From Acidimicrobiales bacterium (GTDB lineage: Bacteria > Actinomycetota > Acidimicrobiia > Acidimicrobiales > SZUA-35), in the NCBI GenBank assembly GCA_028285495.1, contig JANQPB010000026.1:1-64000 (forward strand): 64,000 nucleotides of DNA, in the 5' to 3' direction. Under the pieces are notes generated by a model. That model saw only the letters and a list, made by a program, of their open reading frames with translations. It had not been told where the DNA came from and made no database searches. A program made the position numbers and the translations under genes. This document shows positions 58,463 to 64,000 of this stretch, in pieces (the first letter of the stretch is position 1; each line of letters starts with the position of its first letter).

Positions 58463-59500
58463 CTACCCGGTCGAACGGAGACCGGCTGGCCGGTCTCCGT
58501 TCGGCTGGGGAGCATGGGTAGGTGCGGTCGGTGGGGCTGCGAGCGAGCCTCCCTGGTCGGGCAGCGCCTGGACGGTGCGGCGCCAGGTACCGGGCGGGGC
58601 TCCGTAGTGTCTCTTGAAGACGGACCCGAATGCGGCTTCCGATTGGTAGCCGAGGCTGCGAGCGACCTTTCCAACGCTGTCGTCGGACTGGACCAGGCGT
58701 TGGGCGGCGAGCCTCATGCGCCAGCCGGCCAGGTAGCGAAGGGGCGGTTCGCCGACGAGGTTCGAGAAGCGGGCGGCGAGCCCGGAGCGGGACATGCCGA
58801 CCTCGCGTGCGAGGTCGCCGACAGACCAGTGGCGCCCTGGTTCTTGATGGAGACGCCGGAGCGCCTGCCCGACGTGGGGATCAGCGAGGGCTCCGAGCCA
58901 GCCGGTGCCGACAGCGGGCTCGGTCCGAATCCAGGCGCGAACGGTCTGGACGAGCAACAGATCGAGGAGCCGATCGAGGGCGAGTTGCGAGCCCGGTTCG
59001 GAGCTCTTGGCCTCGCGGGCGATGAAGCGCAGCGAGTCCTCGAGCCAACCGGCGTCGACCATGTCCTCGCTGCGCAGGAGAACGAGGGGCGGGAGGATCG
59101 CCCGGAGCGGGTGACTCCCGCCCGAGGCGAAGTAGAAGTTGGCGCAGATGATGGTGGTGCGTCGACCGTCGCCGCCGCCTTCGATCTGTCGGCAACCCGT
59201 CAGCTCGGCGTCTGCATCGTCGGGAGCCTCGGACAGCAGCGCCGACGAGTCTGCGGCGTCCTCGGTTGGATGATCCGACAGTACGTGCGCCGTCCCGTGG
59301 GCCAAGAAGACGAGATCTCCCGGACCGAGGTGCGTGGTCTCACCGTCGAGCCGGAGGAAACAGGAGCCTCGGGACACGATGTGGACGGTGGCGTGGTCCT
59401 TGTCGGGAAAGAAGGTGGACCACGGGGCCCCGAGCTCGATCTCGCCCGCCACCCTGCCGGTGACCTGGAGATGTCGTAGTACGTCGGTCAACACGTCCAT
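58463..59500 (-). CDS. AraC family transcriptional regulator (cupin-type sensor + HTH_18)
   Basis: N-terminal cupin-like region; C-terminal dual HTH (SVGDLAREVGMSRSGLAARF.. and GKVARSLGYQSEAAFGSVFKRHYG). Confidence 0.85.
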   Translation of the reverse strand: MDVLTDVLRHLQVTGRVAGEIELGAPWSTFFPDKDHATVHIVSRGSCFLRLDGETTHLGPGDLVFLAHGTAHVLSDHPTEDAADSSALLSEAPDDADAELTGCRQIEGGGDGRRTTIICANFYFASGGSHPLRAILPPLVLLRSEDMVDAGWLEDSLRFIAREAKSSEPGSQLALDRLLDLLLVQTVRAWIRTEPAVGTGWLGALADPHVGQALRRLHQEPGRHWSVGDLAREVGMSRSGLAARFSNLVGEPPLRYLAGWRMRLAAQRLVQSDDSVGKVARSLGYQSEAAFGSVFKRHYGAPPGTWRRTVQALPDQGGSLAAPPTAPTHAPQPNGDRPAGLRSTG

Positions 59501-59645
59501 CGTGAGAACTCTCCTCGACGCTGATCTACCGAAAATCCGGTCGACCTGGACGATTGCGATAGAAGTCTGGAGTTCTCAGGCTACCGAATCCAGGATCAGG
59601 TGCGTACGCTCGATCTTGACCTAGTGGGCAGCGAGGAGTGCGACG

Positions 59646-60395
59646 ATGAGGTTGGCGAACAAGGTGGCGGTCATCACCGGCGGCGGCAGCGGGATCGGGC
59701 TGGCCGTCGCCCAGGCCTTCGTTGGCGAGGGCGCCCAGGTGGCCATCTCCGGCCGCAGCGCCGACACCCTGGCCGCAGCGCGAGACCGCCTGGGAGGCTC
59801 TGCCATCGCCGTTCCGGGCGATGTCACCAACCACCGTGACCTCGAGCGGCTGTTCAACAGCACCGCAGAGCAGCTCGGCAAGATCGACGTTCTCGTCGCC
59901 AACGCCGGTGCCATCAACTTCACCCTGCTCGGACACACCACCGAGGCCGATTTCGACACCGCCAGCGATCTCAACTTCAAGGCCGTGTTCTTCACCGTCC
60001 AAGCCGCCCTCTCGCTCCTCAACGACGGCGCCTCCGTGATCATCACCGGCAACGCGCTGGCCTCGAACCCGGTGGTCGGACCGTCCGTCGCCATCGCCGC
60101 CAAGGCCGCCGTCAGGTCGCTGGCCCGCACGTTCGCCGTCGAGCTCGCACCGCGAGGAATCAGGGTCAACGTCTTGAGCCCGGGTCCGACCGCCACCGGC
60201 GCCCCCGCTCCAAGCGACGAGGTCGATGAGATCTCCGCTCAGATCACGAAGCAGATCCCCCTCGGCCGCTGGGGCGCTCCCGAGGACGCCGCCAGTGCCG
60301 CCCTGTTCCTGGCCACGGACGAATCGTCCTACATCACCGGAGCCGACCTCCCAGTTGGAGGCGGAATCGGCATGGGCTGGGTCCCGCAAGCCTGA
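59646..60395 (+). CDS. SDR family oxidoreductase
   Basis: VAVITGGGSGIG, NAG, catalytic S..Y/K region; divergent from AraC regulator. Confidence 0.9.
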   Translation: MRLANKVAVITGGGSGIGLAVAQAFVGEGAQVAISGRSADTLAAARDRLGGSAIAVPGDVTNHRDLERLFNSTAEQLGKIDVLVANAGAINFTLLGHTTEADFDTASDLNFKAVFFTVQAALSLLNDGASVIITGNALASNPVVGPSVAIAAKAAVRSLARTFAVELAPRGIRVNVLSPGPTATGAPAPSDEVDEISAQITKQIPLGRWGAPEDAASAALFLATDESSYITGADLPVGGGIGMGWVPQA

Positions 60396-60532
60396 GACGG
60401 CGACACGCAAGCGATCCGCAGCGGGCGCGGGATCACCAGGAACGGCGGGGATGCGCTCACCGGCCGTGAAGGCCGACGAGGCGGCACCGTCTCGGTCTCA
60501 GGTGGGAGCGGGCTTCGGCCGAGAGACCTGTC

Positions 60533-61116
60533 ATGCCTCGACGTCATCGCCGGCTCGGGCTGCTGGTGCTGTCGTTGTTGATCGCCGGCTGTGCCTCGAC
60601 CGACCCAGGAGCGACACCTCCGGCTGCCGTCGATGCGACCTCGACCGCCTCGACCAGAGCCCCTCGACCGTCGATCAGCGGTGTCGAGACCGGCTCGCCT
60701 GGACCAGCACGAGCCAGCGACCCGGACACTGCCGACCACGCATCGGCCGACCGAGAGGAAGCACTCAGCCTCCTCGCCGCCGACATCGAAGCCGATCCCG
60801 GCTGCGTCCGCGATCGATTCACCGGCGGACGGTGTCGCTCTGCAGCGGCTTCTTCGAGGAACTCGTCGACGAAGACGTCGCAGACCAACTCCCGCAGGAC
60901 GAGCTCGACTGCATCGTCCGTCTCAGCCGCGACGACCCGGAGATCGTGGCGCTTCACCTGGCCGGGACGCGCAACGGCGCCACCGTCGAGGACGTCTACC
61001 CCGAAGCCATGGTGGCGAAGCTCCAGCGAGGTCAGACAGCCCGCTCCGAGATCCTCACGAGGATGCGAGCGCTCGGAGCGTGCCCGACCGGCCCGAGCGC
61101 CCGGATCGATCCGTGA
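60533..61116 (+). pseudogene. lipoprotein gene with apparent frameshift (~60835-60850)
   Basis: Frame 2: lipoprotein signal MPRRHRRLGLLVLSLLIAGCAST.. protein-like to ..DPGCVRDRFTGG; frame 1 continues protein-like ..CSGFFEELVDEDVADQLPQDELDCIVRLSRDDPEIVALHLAGTRNG.. to stop at 61116; the remainder of each frame is Arg/Ser junk. Confidence 0.35.
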
Positions 61117-61326
61117 GCGCCGCCACCCGTGCTTCGCCGGTCAGGTCGCTCCGGAGTCCGCGTCCAGCTTCAACGCAAGGAGGGCCAGGCCGATCGCCAG
61201 AGCAACCCGCGTGCCCGGGGGTCGCCGTTGGCCCCGTCCCCACCCCACCGACGGTCATGGCCAGGCCAGCGTCGAATCTGGCGTGCGGACGGTCGCCCTT
61301 CCAGGCTCGCTGTCATCGAGTAGGGC

Positions 61327-62604
61327 TCAGCCCCTGGGGTCGGTGACCTGCCCGGCGAACAGTACGGCGCCGGTGTCAACGTGGCGGACGAGATAGAGGA
61401 ACGGCCGGTCGGCTGCCACCAACAACTCCGGCTCGGGCGGGCCAGAGGTTGCGAACCCGAGGCCCGTCGCGGCTGCCGCTTCCGTGCCGATCTCGTCGAC
61501 GGCGATGTCCGCCCCGTGCACCGCACCGTCGAGGAACACGCCGGGGCCGATGCCGGGGAAGGCACCCGGAGCGATCCCGCGTTCGGTCAACCAGCCCAGG
61601 AAGTCGATCGCCGTCGTGGTCTCCCACTCGGGCATGCGCAGCTCGTATGGGCCTGTCGTGAACACACCGTCGATCTCAGCCAAGAAGTCGGACGACAACC
61701 GGGAACGGACGTCATCGAAGCGACCCTCGTCAGGCACGATGATCAACATCGCATAGTCGTCACCCAGGTACGGGACCTCGGCCCCGACGAACCCGTCACC
61801 AACCCCCCGGGGGCCGGGCTGCTCGAGATCGACCAGGTACGTCATCTCGACGGTGGTCCCGTCGAGCCGAGTGAAGGGACCTTCGATGGTTCCGTACTTG
61901 CCGAAGATCGTGCGCCACTGGGCCTTGAAGTAGACGGTGTCGGTCAACACCAACACGGTGCTGCCGTCGATGAAGCCAGCCGGGAGCAGCTCAGGGATCA
62001 GGTCGTTGGTCTGCTCCGACACCCACGAGTTGATCCGCTCGCGAGAGCCTTCGGGATCGCTGACGTCAATCGTCTCGACGTCGGCTCCGTGGTGGCTGGC
62101 CATCAGGTCGACCCAATCTTGATCGGGGGCGGCCGTCGTCGAGGGCCACAGCCGGTCCGAGACGGTGACGATCGGCGTCGCCGTCTCGTCGATGGCGACG
62201 GCGGTGCCGTTCGAGGCCGCAAGTTGGGCATCAAGAGCGTTCCAGGCATCGTGGGCGGCCATGCCAACCGGTAGGGCGAGCGCTTCATCGATGGCCGCTG
62301 CCGTCGCATCGTCAGCCGCACCGCGGGCCATCAACAGCGCGTGGCCGATACTGAGCGGGCTGAACACCAGGTTCTCGCCGACCGGCTGGGTACGCATCAG
62401 ATCGAGACCGCCGTCGGTGAACCCGGAGACCAGATCATCGATCGGCGCATCGGCCACAGGCAGGGCTCGCTCGACACCGGACGAGGGCTCGACCACCCCA
62501 CCGGCCGAACCGGAGCTGTCGCCGCCGCACGCCGCTGCGACGAGAAGCGCAGCGACGACAGCCAGCATGCCGAGACGAGGGTGGACGAAGGCGATCCGTG
62601 TCAT
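61327..62604 (-). CDS. serpin (serine protease inhibitor) family lipoprotein
   Basis: Serpin C-terminal signature ..FVADRPFLYLVRHVDTGAVLFAGQVTDP, reactive-centre hinge IGTEAAAATG; N-terminal lipobox LVAAAC; ATG at 62604. Confidence 0.85.
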   Translation of the reverse strand: MTRIAFVHPRLGMLAVVAALLVAAACGGDSSGSAGGVVEPSSGVERALPVADAPIDDLVSGFTDGGLDLMRTQPVGENLVFSPLSIGHALLMARGAADDATAAAIDEALALPVGMAAHDAWNALDAQLAASNGTAVAIDETATPIVTVSDRLWPSTTAAPDQDWVDLMASHHGADVETIDVSDPEGSRERINSWVSEQTNDLIPELLPAGFIDGSTVLVLTDTVYFKAQWRTIFGKYGTIEGPFTRLDGTTVEMTYLVDLEQPGPRGVGDGFVGAEVPYLGDDYAMLIIVPDEGRFDDVRSRLSSDFLAEIDGVFTTGPYELRMPEWETTTAIDFLGWLTERGIAPGAFPGIGPGVFLDGAVHGADIAVDEIGTEAAAATGLGFATSGPPEPELLVAADRPFLYLVRHVDTGAVLFAGQVTDPRG

Positions 62605-62860
62605 GGTCGGTAGGACGCCAGGGCGGGGCCGCTGGTTCCCCGACGTCCCCGCCAGCCGGTCGGCGACGGGCACGACCCGACCCGCCCGGGTACGGCGCCA
62701 GAGCGCTCGGGTCGCACCAACGCCAACGTTCGGCGTCATGGGGCGGGCCGACGTCGAACCGGCCAGGTCCGAAGGCGACGGCACCCAGCGGCTGCCGAGA
62801 CCACACGCTCGGAGTCTCGGGTTGCCACAGTCGGTGATCAGCGGGCCGGTCGTCGACCGT

Positions 62861-63427
62861 TCACATCATCCCCAGTTCGAGGCGAGCCACGTCCGACAGT
62901 CTCGAGGCGTCCCAAGGGGGATCGAACACGAGCTGGACGGTGACCACCTCGACGCCGACGAGCGCGGCTACGGCGTCGTGGAGGTCCTGGCGGATGATGT
63001 CGCCCATCCCGCAGAACGGGGCGGTGACCGACATGTCGATGTCGACCCGCCAGCCCCCGCCGGGGAGCTCTTCGCCGTCGACCCGGTAGACGAGACCGAG
63101 CTCGACGATGTCGACCGGGATCTCCGGGTCGTAGACCGTGGCCGCCGCGGCCCACACCTGGTCGAGGCTGAACTCGCCGTCGCTGTCCTGAACGTCGGAG
63201 GAGCCGGGCCGGACGAAGCCGAACTCGACCGAGTCCTCCTGGCTGAGCCGCACCATCTCGCCCTCGGCGGTGTTGACGGTGGCGGTCCCGCCGAGCGCCT
63301 GGAGGAGGGTCACCCGTTGACCGGCGGGCAGAACGGTCCGGTGGCCGGCCGGGACCACGGTGGCCACGCAGTCCCGCGGGAGCTTGAAGCCTGCGGTCGA
63401 GCCGATGCTGACGTTCGATTCACGCAT
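62861..63427 (-). CDS. DUF59 (MIP18/SufT-like) Fe-S assembly-associated protein with N-terminal extension
   Basis: C-terminal VYDPEIPVDIVELGLVYRVD..MSVTAPFCGMGD..VVTVQLVFDPPW matches DUF59; immediately downstream of sufD. Confidence 0.7.
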   Translation of the reverse strand: MRESNVSIGSTAGFKLPRDCVATVVPAGHRTVLPAGQRVTLLQALGGTATVNTAEGEMVRLSQEDSVEFGFVRPGSSDVQDSDGEFSLDQVWAAAATVYDPEIPVDIVELGLVYRVDGEELPGGGWRVDIDMSVTAPFCGMGDIIRQDLHDAVAALVGVEVVTVQLVFDPPWDASRLSDVARLELGMM

Positions 63428-64000
63428 CGGCATCAACGGCGCCGTGGCCAAGTCGTTCGGCCACCCAGGCACGGACCGCGTCGATCTCGATCTCGTCGAC
63501 GGTCTGCTCGGCGAAGCCGGCGATCAGCAGCTGGCGGGCCTGATCGGCCGGGACTCCCCGCGACCGCAGGTAGTAGAGGGCGTCGTCGTCGAGCTGACCA
63601 ACGGTGGCACCGTGCTTGCAGGCCACCTCGTCGGCCAGGATCTCGAGGCGGGGTTGGGTGTTGACCTCGGCTCGGGTCGACAGCAGGAGATTGTCGTTCG
63701 ACTGCTCGGCGTCGGTGCCGTCGGCGCCGGGGCTGACCTCGATCGCGCCGTTGAACACCCCGGTGCTGCGATCGTCGAGGATGCCTCGGAATGCCTGGCG
63801 GCTCGTGCAGTCGGCGACCCGGTGGATCACGGTGATCTGCTGGTCGAGGGTCTGGTCGCCGTTGCCGGCGTAGAGCCCGGCGAGGTCGGCCATCGCCCCT
63901 TCCCCGATGAGCTCGACCCGGTAGTCGAGACGGCCGTAGCTGGCACCGAGGTTGAACGCTCGGGCCCGAAAGTGGCTGGATTCGGCCACGTGCACCTCGA
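63420..64000 (-). CDS. sufD: Fe-S cluster assembly protein SufD (C-terminal part; gene continues past window end)
   Basis: SufD C-terminal beta-helix region ..DAEQSNDNLLLSTRAEVNTQPRLEILADEVACKHGATVGQLDDDALYYLRSRGVP.. Confidence 0.8.
   Translation of the reverse strand, partial: EVHVAESSHFRARAFNLGASYGRLDYRVELIGEGAMADLAGLYAGNGDQTLDQQITVIHRVADCTSRQAFRGILDDRSTGVFNGAIEVSPGADGTDAEQSNDNLLLSTRAEVNTQPRLEILADEVACKHGATVGQLDDDALYYLRSRGVPADQARQLLIAGFAEQTVDEIEIDAVRAWVAERLGHGAVDADA

Overview
High-GC (~70%) actinobacterial chromosomal segment that looks like core genome with several accessory-looking insertions. Six-frame ORFs are mostly antisense artefacts. Genes were chosen by recognisable protein motifs, GC3 periodicity, start-codon and Shine-Dalgarno context, and gene-to-gene junctions. 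About 55 genes are supportable.

Housekeeping anchors: leuS, aqpZ, otsA-otsB, a crotonase, cytochrome P450, a Baeyer-Villiger monooxygenase, a tandem-fused family III CoA-transferase, an EamA transporter, RidA, two SDRs and the 3' end of sufD.

Multiple F420-associated enzymes are present: two LLM oxidoreductases, a Ddn-like nitroreductase and a PPOX-class enzyme. Other recognisable genes include a PadR-NfeD-flotillin operon, a LuxR/LAL regulator, an AraC regulator, a PspC-domain protein, an MCP next to a Rieske-fusion protein and a Cys-rich HTH regulator. There are also a large lipoprotein S8 subtilase with PT-rich linkers, a CSLREA beta-helix secreted protein and a lipoprotein serpin.

Most notable observations:
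- A glutathione peroxidase whose catalytic Cys codon is an in-frame TGA, followed by a hairpin with the fdhF-like GCAGGUCUGC apex. This is a probable selenoprotein with bacterial SECIS.
- A translationally coupled three-gene module. It encodes a large dual-HExxH (DUF4157-type zincin) protein with two C-terminal LysM domains, a small soluble protein and an Lgt-like polytopic membrane protein. This is a candidate undescribed peptidoglycan-targeting effector/immunity or envelope-remodelling system.
- A lower-GC island carrying a ComEC-like MBL-fold hydrolase and a CYTH-domain protein.
- Three interrupted reading frames (two frameshifts and one amber-interrupted cupin).
- An ArsC/LMW-PTP::PhoU fusion protein.

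No rRNA, tRNA or CRISPR was found.
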